DNA of 64,000 nt from a candidate division WOR-3 bacterium (GTDB lineage: Bacteria > Hydrothermota > UBA3072). The DNA lies in assembly GCA_039804165.1 (NCBI GenBank), contig JBDRZZ010000008.1, positions 448 through 64,447 on the forward strand. Reading direction: 5' to 3'. The translations under genes and the position numbers were made by a program. Under the pieces are notes generated by a model. It was not told the DNA's origin. It saw only the letters and a program-made list of their open reading frames with translations, and made no database searches. Below are positions 45,375 through 55,209 of the stretch, one piece after another; within the stretch, counting starts at the first letter, position 1; each line of letters starts with the position of its first letter.

Positions 45375-46802
45375 ATGAATCTTGAATCGCAGAGGATCCC
45401 TTTGAAAGAGAAGATTGGGTATAGCTTGGGAGACGCAGCTGCTAATTTCTATTTTCAGATGTACATTGTTTTTATGATGTATTTTTATACAGATGTGTTT
45501 GGCCTTGCTGCTGGAACAGTTGGCACGATTTTTCTCTTTTCAAGAATATGGGATGCAGTGAACGATCCAATGATGGCTGCTATTGCTGATCGAACAAATA
45601 CGAGGTGGGGAAAATACCGTCCTTGGGTTTTGTTTGCAGCTTTTCCTTTAGCTCTTTTTGGGGTTTTAACTTTTACTACACCAAATTTTGGTATAGTAGG
45701 TAAAATAATATGGGCTTGTTTTACCTACAATTTTCTTATGATGTCTTATACAGCAAATAATGTTCCTTATTCCGCGCTAATGGGTGTTATGACCGGAGAT
45801 TCTATTGAGAGGACAGCTTTATCTTCTGCAAGATTTATTGCTGCAAATATGGCGATGTTGGCTATTCAAGGATTTGCCTTACCTCTTGTTGGGAAACTTG
45901 GTAAGGGTAATGATGCACTAGGTTTTATGCTTACAATGATTGTTTTTTCCTCATTAGCACTTCTATTTTTAATTATAACTTTCCTTAGCTCTAAAGAAAG
46001 AATAAAACCTGCTCCTGGCCAGAAAACCTCAATAAAACAGGATCTTTTTGATCTTGCTAAAAACCGCCCATGGGTTGCAATGTTTATTATGACAGTTTTT
46101 GTCTTTATTTATTGGTCTATGAAAGGAAGTATTGGGATTTACTACACTAAATATTTTGTAGATCATAATAGTCTTCGTAGATTTTTAGAATTTTTCCCAT
46201 TTCTACGTAGGGGAGCAGCTTTAGATGTTGTAAAAACTGGTTTTACATTCTTTAGTGTTAGTGGAGTTTTAGCACAATTGATTGGAATTATGTGTTCTAA
46301 ATTTCTTGCGGTGAGATTTGGGAAAAGGGATGTTTTCCGTGTTTGTCTATTTTTATCGGGTTGTTCAACTGTTGTTTTTATGTTTTTGTCAAAAGACGCA
46401 ATACTTCTCCAGTTTGTTTTTTCTATCCTTATTCAGCTTTTCTATGGCCCAACAGTTCCTTTGTTGTGGGCTATGGTTGCAGATATTGCTGATTTTACCG
46501 AGTGGAAAACAAATCGTAGAGCAACAGCGATGACTTTCGCTACGATATTGTTCGCTCTTAAATTGGGATTAAGTTTAGGAGGAGCTCTTGCAGGATGGCT
46601 CCTTTCTTTATATGGTTATGTTCCTGATGCTCAGCAAACCGCTACTGCACTTAAAGGGATTCGCTATTTGGTAAGTTTGTATCCTGCTATTATGTTCTTT
46701 ATTGGGGTAGTAGCACTTTTGTTTTATGAGATTGATAGGAAGATAGAAATAAAAATGGAAGAAGAGCTTTTAGAAAGACGTAAACATTATAAATACGAAT
46801 GA
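45375..46802 (+). CDS. Glycoside-pentoside-hexuronide (GPH):cation symporter family transporter
   Basis: 'KIGYSLGDAAANFYFQMYIVFMMYFYTDVFGL' and 'DAVNDPMMAAIADRTNTRWGKYRPW' are hallmark GPH/MelB-XynT motifs. About 12 TM segments. Confidence 0.85.
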   Translation: MNLESQRIPLKEKIGYSLGDAAANFYFQMYIVFMMYFYTDVFGLAAGTVGTIFLFSRIWDAVNDPMMAAIADRTNTRWGKYRPWVLFAAFPLALFGVLTFTTPNFGIVGKIIWACFTYNFLMMSYTANNVPYSALMGVMTGDSIERTALSSARFIAANMAMLAIQGFALPLVGKLGKGNDALGFMLTMIVFSSLALLFLIITFLSSKERIKPAPGQKTSIKQDLFDLAKNRPWVAMFIMTVFVFIYWSMKGSIGIYYTKYFVDHNSLRRFLEFFPFLRRGAALDVVKTGFTFFSVSGVLAQLIGIMCSKFLAVRFGKRDVFRVCLFLSGCSTVVFMFLSKDAILLQFVFSILIQLFYGPTVPLLWAMVADIADFTEWKTNRRATAMTFATILFALKLGLSLGGALAGWLLSLYGYVPDAQQTATALKGIRYLVSLYPAIMFFIGVVALLFYEIDRKIEIKMEEELLERRKHYKYE

Positions 46803-46832
46803 GAAGAAGAATTTAGTAGAAAAAAGCAGATT

Positions 46833-48431
46833 ATGAATCAGTTGTGTTTTCTTTTTTCGCTCTTTTCAATATTTGTCTTTTTAGGCTGCCAGCAAATAAG
46901 GTATAACGAAATCTATACGAATCCTGTTATTCCAGGCTGTTATCCTGATCCTAGTATTTGTAGGGTTGGGGATGATTATTATACTGTTCATAGCTCTTTT
47001 GAGTATTTCCCAGGAGTTCCAATATTTCACAGTAGAGATTTGGTTCACTGGCGTCAAATTGGTTATTGTCTAACAAGAGAGAGCCAACTACCTCTTAAGA
47101 AAATGAGAACTTCTGGAGGAATATATGCTCCAACTCTCAGATATCACAATGGTTTATTCTATATGATTACCACCAATGTTGATGGAGGAGGTAATTTCTA
47201 TGTGACAGCGAAGGATCCTCGTGGCCCTTGGTCCGATCCTGTATGGTTGGATAAAGGAGGATTTGATCCTTCTCTTTTCTTTGATGATGATGGGAAGGTT
47301 TATTATACTCGTCATGAAGGGGAAGCACACGGTTATATTGCTCAATGTTTGTTAGATTTAAAAGAGGGAAAACTTGAAGGAGAGATGAAAAAGATATGGG
47401 AAGGAACAGGAGATATTTGGCCAGAAGGTCCACATTTATATAAAATTAATGGAAAATATTATTTAATGATTGCTGAAGGGGGAACTAGTTACGGTCATAT
47501 GATTACAATAGCTCGTTCTGAATCCCCTTGGGGCCCTTTTGAGCCAAATCCTAATAATCCAATTTTGACACATAAACATTTGAAAGATCATCCCTTCCAG
47601 GCTCTTGGACATGGAGACCTTGTTGAAACTCCTGATGGATGGTGGATTGTTTTTCTTGGAATTAGACCAAAAGGAGGTTACTATAATCATCTTGGGAGAG
47701 AAACTTTTCTTGCCCCAGTTAAGTGGACTAAAGACGGTTGGCCTATTGTTAATGAAGGAAAGCCAATTGAGGAGATAATGAAGGCACCAAGATTACCGAG
47801 ATTTGAGGTTGAAGAAGAAGCGGTGAGGGATGACTTTGATAAAGAGGAATTTTCCCTTTGCTGGAACTTTTTAAGGAATCCTTATATAGAGAATTACTCT
47901 TTAACTGAAAGACCCGGTTATCTTCGTCTTTATGGATCAGAAATTACAATGGCAGATCAGGATTCTCCGACATTTCTTGGTCGCCGTCAAACAGCAATGG
48001 AATGTAAGGTGGTTACGAAACTTGAGTTTAATCCTCAAAAAGAAAATGAGGAGGCAGGGCTTGTTATTAGAGGTAATGAGGCAAACCGTTATGAATTAGG
48101 AATTACAAAAAGAGATGGGAAACGTTGTGTGTTTTTGAGGAAAACTGTAAAGGGGAAATTAGAAGAGCCTATTAAGTATGAGGGGATTGGAGAAGGAGAG
48201 GTTATTCTCTCTATTGAAGCAAAACCTCTTTCCTATGAATTTTTCTATCAAGTAGGAGATGAAGAACCTAAGAGTTTAGGAACTGCACTTACGAAATATC
48301 TTTCCTTTGAGGAAGTGGAAAGCTTTTTGTTTACAGGTGCATATATTGGGTTATATGCAACTGGGAATGGTGTTAAATCTACAGCTCCAGCTGATTTTGA
48401 TTGGTTTGATTTTATTGTGTATAAGAAATGA
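46833..48431 (+). CDS. GH43 beta-xylosidase/alpha-L-arabinofuranosidase, predicted lipoprotein
   Basis: Lipobox 'VFLGC'. 'NPVIPGCYPDPSICRVGDDYY', 'GIYAPTLRYHNGLFYM' and 'GFDPSLFFDDDGKVYY' are present, plus a C-terminal concanavalin-like domain. Confidence 0.85.
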   Translation: MNQLCFLFSLFSIFVFLGCQQIRYNEIYTNPVIPGCYPDPSICRVGDDYYTVHSSFEYFPGVPIFHSRDLVHWRQIGYCLTRESQLPLKKMRTSGGIYAPTLRYHNGLFYMITTNVDGGGNFYVTAKDPRGPWSDPVWLDKGGFDPSLFFDDDGKVYYTRHEGEAHGYIAQCLLDLKEGKLEGEMKKIWEGTGDIWPEGPHLYKINGKYYLMIAEGGTSYGHMITIARSESPWGPFEPNPNNPILTHKHLKDHPFQALGHGDLVETPDGWWIVFLGIRPKGGYYNHLGRETFLAPVKWTKDGWPIVNEGKPIEEIMKAPRLPRFEVEEEAVRDDFDKEEFSLCWNFLRNPYIENYSLTERPGYLRLYGSEITMADQDSPTFLGRRQTAMECKVVTKLEFNPQKENEEAGLVIRGNEANRYELGITKRDGKRCVFLRKTVKGKLEEPIKYEGIGEGEVILSIEAKPLSYEFFYQVGDEEPKSLGTALTKYLSFEEVESFLFTGAYIGLYATGNGVKSTAPADFDWFDFIVYKK

Positions 48432-49519
48432 TGGAGAAAATTAAGGATTTTAGAGAAGATTATCCTTTAAAAGAAATAATTAAGGATTTCCATATTGGAG
48501 TCGCTCTAAGTAAAGATCAGATTGAAGGAAAAGAGCCATTAACAACAGCTCTTGTGGAGAGACATTTCAATAGCATTACTCCTGAAAATATTCTTAAGTG
48601 GGAGGAAGTCCATCCTGAGCTTGATAAATATAATTTTTCTCCAGTTGACCTTTTTGTAGAATTTGGAGAAAAAAATAGAATGTTTATGGTTGGGCATACT
48701 CTTGTTTGGTTCTATCAAACTCCTTCCTGGGTTTTTGAGGATAAAGATGGGAACCCTTTAGATAGAGAATCTTTACTAAGTAGAATGAAAGACCATATCT
48801 TTACTGTAATGGGTCGGTATAAAGGAAGGATTCAAGGATGGGATGTTGTTAATGAAGCAATTGCAGAAGATGGGAGTTTTAGGAAATGTAAATGGTTGGA
48901 AATTATAGGAGAGGACTATATTCAAAAAGCTTTTGAATATGCTATGGAGGCTGACCCATCTTGTGAACTTTATTATAATGAGTATGATCTTGAGAAGCCT
49001 CCTAAGTGTGAAGGAGTGATCCGTCTTTTGGAGAATCTTAAGAGGAAAGGGATTAGAATAGATGGAGTTGGGGTTCAGGGGCATTGGTTTTTAGATTACC
49101 CTCATTTGGAAGAGATTGAGGCTTACATTTTAGCTATTTCTAAATTGGGGTTAAAAGTTATTATTTCAGAGTTGGATGTAAGTGTTCTTCCTTTTTATCC
49201 TGTGGATTCAAAGGCTGTGGATCTATCTTCTTTTCCAGTAGAATTCCAGAAAGTTCATAATCCTTATCCGGATGGTTTACCAGATTCTGTAGAGGAAAAA
49301 CTTGCAGATCGGTATTCAGAATTATTTTCTTTGTTTAGGAAGCATAGAGACAAAATTAAAAGGGTGACTTTCTGGGGTGTCCATGATGGACAGTCCTGGA
49401 GAAGTTATTTACCAATAAGGGGAAGGGTCGATTATCCAACTTTGTTTAATAAGGATTGTAAACCAAAGTTGGCTTTTGAGGCAGTTATTAAGGTATTTCG
49501 AGAATGTAATGAGGGTTGA
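48428..49519 (+). CDS. GH10 endo-1,4-beta-xylanase without a signal peptide
   Basis: 'HFNSITPENILKW', 'GHTLVW', 'WDVVNEA' (acid/base Glu), 'YYNEYD' and 'ISELDV' (nucleophile Glu). 4-nt overlap with the GH43 gene. Confidence 0.88.
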   Translation: MMEKIKDFREDYPLKEIIKDFHIGVALSKDQIEGKEPLTTALVERHFNSITPENILKWEEVHPELDKYNFSPVDLFVEFGEKNRMFMVGHTLVWFYQTPSWVFEDKDGNPLDRESLLSRMKDHIFTVMGRYKGRIQGWDVVNEAIAEDGSFRKCKWLEIIGEDYIQKAFEYAMEADPSCELYYNEYDLEKPPKCEGVIRLLENLKRKGIRIDGVGVQGHWFLDYPHLEEIEAYILAISKLGLKVIISELDVSVLPFYPVDSKAVDLSSFPVEFQKVHNPYPDGLPDSVEEKLADRYSELFSLFRKHRDKIKRVTFWGVHDGQSWRSYLPIRGRVDYPTLFNKDCKPKLAFEAVIKVFRECNEG

Positions 49520-49568
49520 CAGAAGGTTTAGATATATTATTATAAAAGCGAAAAAGGAGGAGTAGAAA

Positions 49569-50795
49569 GTGGCTAAGAAAAAGGATATTGAAGTTGTGGC
49601 AGCCGGGCATATTTGTCTTGATTTGATTCCGGCTTTTACTATTAAGGATAAGGTTGATAAAATCACAGATGTCCTTATCCCTGGAAAGATGATTAATATG
49701 GGAAAGTGCGTTGTTGTAGGAGGTGGTCCTGTAACAAATGCAGGGGTTTCAATTCGTAGACTCGGTGTGAAAACAGAACTGATTGGAAAAATTGGAGATG
49801 ATGATTTTGGAGAGGATGTTTTAAGATGGTATGAGGAGCATGAAGGTCATTTCAAAGGGATTAAGATGGTAAAAGGAGAATCTACCTCCTATACTATTGC
49901 GATTTGTATCCCAGGGATTGACCGATTTTATCTTCACCATTGTGGTGCTAATGACACTTTTTGTTACGACGATATGGACTTTGATCTTGTTGCAAGGGCT
50001 AAACTAATGCTTTTTGGCTATCCACCATGGATGAGGAAACTTTATGAAAATAAAGGAAGAGAACTAACAAGAATTCTTAAGAAAACAAAGGAATTAGACA
50101 CAACAACTGTTCTGGATCTATCGCTTCCTGATGTAGATAGTTATGCTGGACAGCAAAACTGGAAGGCCATTCTTGAGGATTGGGTTCCTTTAACAGACAT
50201 TATGGCTCCGAGTGCAGAAGAAATTTTTTATTTCCTTTATAAAGATGAATTTTTAAAGAAAAAAGCGAATCTTGGGCCAAGAGATAGTGTTCTTGATCAT
50301 ATAACAGTGAAGGAAATTTCTAATGTTGGGAGAGACTTAATAGAAATGGGAACAGCAGTTGCTATGGTAAAATGTGGACATAGGGGCTTGTATATTAGAA
50401 CTTCTGATAAAGATAGACTTAGTAAGATGGGTGCAGCAAAATGTTCAAATCTTGAGAATTGGGCTAATCGAGAGCTTTGGTTCCCTGTATATGAGGAAGA
50501 AAAATTTGTAGGGGCTTTGGGTTCCGGAGATTCAGCAATTGCAGGTTTTATTGCCGCATTTGTTTGGGGGCATTCTATTGAATCTTGTCTCCGTTATGCA
50601 AATGCGGCGGGGAGTATGAATGTTACTGTCCCGGATGGACTTACTTGGAACAAAGGATTTGATGATTTGACAAGAAGGATCAACTCGGGATGGAAGACGA
50701 AAAAGATGGAGATTAGAGAGGAAGGGTGGAGGTTTGAGAATGGTTTCTGGGTTGGTCCTTGTAATTTTGGCAAATGGGAAACAGAAATAAAATAA
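49569..50795 (+). CDS. PfkB-family carbohydrate kinase
   Basis: GTG start after AAGGAGGAG. 'GGGPVTNAGVSIRRLGV' and 'GSGDSAIAGFIAAF' are ribokinase-like motifs. The substrate is not assignable. Confidence 0.7.
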   Translation: MAKKKDIEVVAAGHICLDLIPAFTIKDKVDKITDVLIPGKMINMGKCVVVGGGPVTNAGVSIRRLGVKTELIGKIGDDDFGEDVLRWYEEHEGHFKGIKMVKGESTSYTIAICIPGIDRFYLHHCGANDTFCYDDMDFDLVARAKLMLFGYPPWMRKLYENKGRELTRILKKTKELDTTTVLDLSLPDVDSYAGQQNWKAILEDWVPLTDIMAPSAEEIFYFLYKDEFLKKKANLGPRDSVLDHITVKEISNVGRDLIEMGTAVAMVKCGHRGLYIRTSDKDRLSKMGAAKCSNLENWANRELWFPVYEEEKFVGALGSGDSAIAGFIAAFVWGHSIESCLRYANAAGSMNVTVPDGLTWNKGFDDLTRRINSGWKTKKMEIREEGWRFENGFWVGPCNFGKWETEIK

Positions 50796-50814
50796 AAGGA
50801 AGGAGAGGTTATTT

Positions 50815-52644
50815 ATGTCTAAAGCAAGAGATCTTTTTGTTAGTAATAAACTTAAAGAAATGACCTTAGACGAAAAGATTGGGCAACTTTTGACGTTTAC
50901 CTGGAGGGGAGCAATCTTGACACCCAGTGGGACTGAGCAGATTACAAAATTACATTGTGGGGGTCTTTGTCTTGAACCTTATGCTCTTGAAACTTGTAAA
51001 AACCTTTACTGGGGTAATTCTCAGATAGATCCAAATTTTAAAGAACCCAAGGGTTATTTTAAAATAGCAAATACTTATTTTTCTGGGAAAACTTATGGTA
51101 TTAGTATAACTCCTTGGGAGTATACAGAGAGATTAAATACCCTTCAGAAAATAGCTCTTAACCGTCCTTCTGGGGTTCCTTTGCATATGACAATTGACTT
51201 TGAAGGTGATTTTAAGAATGATTATATGTCTGGCGGAATTAGGCAATTTATACCTCCAATGGGAATGGCTGCCATTGGAGATACAAAACTTACTTATGAG
51301 ATTGGTTTGACTATTTCAAGGATGCTTTCGGCAATGGGTGTAACTCAAATGTATTCTCCTGTTTGCGATGTAAATGTAAATCCTGATAACCCCGAGATAG
51401 GAATAAGGGCTTTCAGTGATGATCCTCAAGTTTGTGCTAAGCATGCAGTCGCTTTAGTGAAGGGTTTACAGGATGGAGGTCTTGTTGCAACTGCAAAACA
51501 TTTCCCCGGAAGAGGAGATTCTGCAACAGATGCTCATGATGTTTTAGATGTAATAAGGTCTGATAAAAAGAGGATGCATGAAGTTGAGTTAGTTCCATTT
51601 AAAGCCGCAATAGATGCTGGGGTGAAAGCCATTATGACAGCCCATTCTGTTTATCCTGCTTATGATGATAAATTCCCTGCTACTTTATCAGAGAAAGTTC
51701 TTAAAGGTTTATTGAGAGAAGAGTTAGGATTTGAAGGGGTTATCGTTTCTGATGCTATTGGTATGGCAGCAATTTTGAAGAAATGGCCCTTACCAGTTGC
51801 TTGCGTTATGGCTATAAAGGCGGGTGTTGATACGATTCTTTTGAAGGCTGATGATGAATCAAGATCTCAATGCTTCTTTGGGATTAAAAGAGCTGTTGAA
51901 GAAGGTGAAATTCCAATGGAGAGGATTGATGAGGCTGTGACTCGTCTTCTGCGAATGAAATATGACCAAGGCCTATTCAAAACGGCTGGGAAAAATGATC
52001 CAAATAGAGTCTATAAGATTACAACTGATAAAAAAGTTATTGATTTCTCTTGGGATGTTGCGAAAAAAGCCCTTATTATAATGAGAGATGATAAGAAATT
52101 GTTGCCATTAAAGAAAGAAGAGAAGATTCTTGTGATAGAACAGAGAATTCCTTACGAATTTGTTGGTAAGGACCCATATCATCACACTCATATGTTCTCA
52201 GAGAGAATGGCTTACCACTCAACAAATCTGATTCTAACGGATACTGAATTTTCTGCATTTGAAGATGAAATTAAAGAATGTCTACAACTTGCTAAACAAG
52301 CAGATCTTGTTGTTATGACTAATTATTATGCAAGAATTGTTAAGTCTGGCAATAATCAACTTCTTGTTAAGAAGTTAAAGAAAGCAGGTCATAAGGTTGT
52401 GGTTGTGACGAATACTCCTTATTTAATAGGAACTACAGAGGAAGCCGATGCTGTTGTCTGCAATTTTAGCGCTACCCCAGATTCTATTAGAGCCTCAGCA
52501 GATTTACTCTTTGGTAAAATTAAACCTTTCCCAAAAACAAAAGTTCCTGTAAATCTTGAGGTAGAGAAAAAGAAAAAGAAGAAAAAGGTGAGTATGAAAG
52601 CTCCAAAGAAGAAAGGTTCTTCTTTAGACATCTCTTATTGCTAA
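50815..52644 (+). CDS. GH3 family glycosidase (beta-glucosidase/xylosidase/hexosaminidase type), cytoplasmic, with a lysine-rich tail
   Basis: 'LDEKIGQLL', 'KHFPGRGDSATDAH' and 'GVIVSDAIGM' are present. There is no signal peptide. The C terminus is 'EVEKKKKKKKVSMKAPKKKGSS'. Confidence 0.8.
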   Translation: MSKARDLFVSNKLKEMTLDEKIGQLLTFTWRGAILTPSGTEQITKLHCGGLCLEPYALETCKNLYWGNSQIDPNFKEPKGYFKIANTYFSGKTYGISITPWEYTERLNTLQKIALNRPSGVPLHMTIDFEGDFKNDYMSGGIRQFIPPMGMAAIGDTKLTYEIGLTISRMLSAMGVTQMYSPVCDVNVNPDNPEIGIRAFSDDPQVCAKHAVALVKGLQDGGLVATAKHFPGRGDSATDAHDVLDVIRSDKKRMHEVELVPFKAAIDAGVKAIMTAHSVYPAYDDKFPATLSEKVLKGLLREELGFEGVIVSDAIGMAAILKKWPLPVACVMAIKAGVDTILLKADDESRSQCFFGIKRAVEEGEIPMERIDEAVTRLLRMKYDQGLFKTAGKNDPNRVYKITTDKKVIDFSWDVAKKALIIMRDDKKLLPLKKEEKILVIEQRIPYEFVGKDPYHHTHMFSERMAYHSTNLILTDTEFSAFEDEIKECLQLAKQADLVVMTNYYARIVKSGNNQLLVKKLKKAGHKVVVVTNTPYLIGTTEEADAVVCNFSATPDSIRASADLLFGKIKPFPKTKVPVNLEVEKKKKKKKVSMKAPKKKGSSLDISYC

Positions 52645-52660
52645 AAGAATAAAGGAGGGG

Positions 52661-55189
52661 ATGATGCCAGGGATAAAAATAAAGGATGTTTTTACGATTT
52701 CCGGATCTGAAATAACACAGATTTATGAGAAGAACAGGATGAAGGTTCATTTCCAGGGGATGTCAAAAACCCTCCTTTTCCCTCAAACAATTGCCCTTCA
52801 AGGTGCTCCTACCTGTTCTATTGGAATTTCTCCCTATGGTTTGTATAATAGACTTAATGATTCAGGGAGATTGATCCTTTTAAATCAAAATGCTATTCAG
52901 TTTGGTTCCGCTCCTTTTATAAGGATAGACGGAGAAGCTTGGATGCTTACAAGTAAGGATCCGGAATTGGTAGAGGGTCCTGATGATATTCCTGCTATGA
53001 AGAATTATTATCATCCACCTTTACCAGAAAAAAACATCACGATTTCTATTGCGACTCCTTCTTTGGAGATTGTTTATAAGATAGGTAAAATTGTTGTTAC
53101 AAGAAGATTTATTTCACCGTTTTTATATAAAAGAGAACACGCTCTAATGCCTATTGGTGTTGAGGAATATGAGGTTAGAAATACAACCGATAAAGAAAAA
53201 GAAATTACCTTGGTTTTACCTCGTCCTTCTCTTGTGAATCTTCAAGAGAAAGAATTAAAGCCTTTAGATCAGGATACTGTTTACATATGTTCAACACCTG
53301 TTAAAGGACACATTCATGAGGATTTTGATACAGAGACTATTAGAGGAGTTGTAATGGGAAGCAAAGAATGCGAAGACAGAATGGTCATAGCTTGTCCAAA
53401 AACGAAAGGTGTAAAAATAGATACTCAGCCTTATTTTTGCCTGAATCGACTGAAACAAGATTTGTTGTTGAATGATGATGGAACCTTTTATGAAAAAAGA
53501 CCCCCAAAGTTAAATCAGGATTATGGTGCAGCTATAAGTTTATCCTTTACTTTAGGACCAAAAGAAGAGAAGAAGATGCCATTTGCAGTTGCCTTGGATT
53601 TCCCTAAACAGCGTTTTATTGATGGTAAGACATTTGAGCGTAGATATGTTAGTAGTTTTAAGAATGAGAAGACAAGACCTATTGAGCTTGTTAAGATTGG
53701 ATTGGATAATTATCCTCTTTGGTTCGAAAGGACAATGACGATTCAAGAGAGAATATATAATTTGATAAGGAAGAGTCCTTCTTATAAGAATGATAATGAG
53801 GGAGCTTTAAGATTAGCAAGATTAATCTTCAATGAGTTTAGTTTCCCTCTATCAAATGCGGCTTGTTGGGTTATAGATGAAAAGGGGCAAGAAAGAGCAA
53901 GATTCTTAGAATGTTTTGATTATTCTTATATTGATCCTTCGGATGTAGAATGGTATTCGATGATGCTTCTTGTTCTATTCCCTGATATTGAAAAAGAAAT
54001 CTGTCAGAGGTTTATTGACTCTATTAATAAGGAAAACAAAGAGAAACGCTATTATCATCATCATGCTTCTTTTGTAGAAGCAAGGAAGCATTTTGAAGAA
54101 CATCCTGAAGAGTACGAAGGTAAATCCTTGACTCAAATCTATGATATAACGAAGATTAAAGGGGCTGTTTCACATGATTTAGGACATTGGGTGAAAGGTC
54201 ATCCTTTGCGGAATGTGAGTGAATATGCCTGGTATAACGATAACTACTGGATTGATCTTTTCCCGAAGCTTGCAACAAGAGTTTTACGTAATGTGAAATT
54301 TACTGGTGATATAGAGTTCTTAAAGAAGAATTGGGAGACACTAAAGTTCGGCTTTGAACATTTGAAAACGCACGATCATGATGGGGATGGTATTCCTGAA
54401 GGTTATCCTGGAGAAGTGAAGAATACTTTTGATAATTTACCTCTTTTTGGTGTAGATGCTTACGATGCTACAATTTTTATGGCAGGATGTAAGGCTATGA
54501 GTATAATGGCCGGTATGATGAAGGATGAAGAGGCTAAAAAGAAATATGAAGAAAGTTTTGAGAAAGCTTTCACTCAATTTGAGAAATTGTGGAGAGAAAA
54601 GAAAAACAAGAAAGGTAAAAAACTTCAATATTATGTAACTTGTTATGACCCAAAAACAAAAAAGATAAATACGGATGTCTGGTTAAATCAATTAGATGCG
54701 ATTTGGGCTTTACTTTCAATGGGAGAAGAATCTTTTATCCCCGAGGATAAAGTAAAGAAAATTCTTAAGACAATCTATGAGAATAATGAGACTTTAATGG
54801 GTTGGGCTATGTGTCGAACAGAGAATGGGGGTAAAGTGGAATCTGAACAGGGACAAGACGTTTATACAACTTCTAATTATGTTTTTGCTGAGCTTCTTGA
54901 TTACTATGGGATGGTGAAGGAGAGTAAGGAAGTTTATAAGAAGATGGATAAAGTTATATTTGGTCATGGAAATTCTCTGATTTCTCCAGATAATATACGA
55001 GCTGAATTGGAAATAGAACATGGAGAGAAGACCCCAGGACCTCATTATATTGTGGCTGCTTACCCTCGTCCTGGCGCGATTTTAACACATATTGTTTTAC
55101 AACATATAAAGGAGCTGAAAGAAAAGAAAAAGACTGAAAGAGTAGATTCTAAGGACTTACAAGCTTTTATTAGAGAGTTAATGAAATAG
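52661..55189 (+). CDS. GH116-like (GBA2/DUF608-type) six-hairpin glycosidase
   Basis: 'FLECFDYSYIDPSDVEWYSMMLLVLFP' resembles the GBA2 nucleophile region 'LEGQEYRMYNTYDVHFY'. 'NTFDNLPLFGVDAYDATIFMAG' resembles the acid/base region. Both comparisons are from memory. It is 842 aa with no signal peptide. Confidence 0.55.
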   Translation: MMPGIKIKDVFTISGSEITQIYEKNRMKVHFQGMSKTLLFPQTIALQGAPTCSIGISPYGLYNRLNDSGRLILLNQNAIQFGSAPFIRIDGEAWMLTSKDPELVEGPDDIPAMKNYYHPPLPEKNITISIATPSLEIVYKIGKIVVTRRFISPFLYKREHALMPIGVEEYEVRNTTDKEKEITLVLPRPSLVNLQEKELKPLDQDTVYICSTPVKGHIHEDFDTETIRGVVMGSKECEDRMVIACPKTKGVKIDTQPYFCLNRLKQDLLLNDDGTFYEKRPPKLNQDYGAAISLSFTLGPKEEKKMPFAVALDFPKQRFIDGKTFERRYVSSFKNEKTRPIELVKIGLDNYPLWFERTMTIQERIYNLIRKSPSYKNDNEGALRLARLIFNEFSFPLSNAACWVIDEKGQERARFLECFDYSYIDPSDVEWYSMMLLVLFPDIEKEICQRFIDSINKENKEKRYYHHHASFVEARKHFEEHPEEYEGKSLTQIYDITKIKGAVSHDLGHWVKGHPLRNVSEYAWYNDNYWIDLFPKLATRVLRNVKFTGDIEFLKKNWETLKFGFEHLKTHDHDGDGIPEGYPGEVKNTFDNLPLFGVDAYDATIFMAGCKAMSIMAGMMKDEEAKKKYEESFEKAFTQFEKLWREKKNKKGKKLQYYVTCYDPKTKKINTDVWLNQLDAIWALLSMGEESFIPEDKVKKILKTIYENNETLMGWAMCRTENGGKVESEQGQDVYTTSNYVFAELLDYYGMVKESKEVYKKMDKVIFGHGNSLISPDNIRAELEIEHGEKTPGPHYIVAAYPRPGAILTHIVLQHIKELKEKKKTERVDSKDLQAFIRELMK

Positions 55190-55209
55190 AAAAATTTGGG
55201 AGAAATTGA

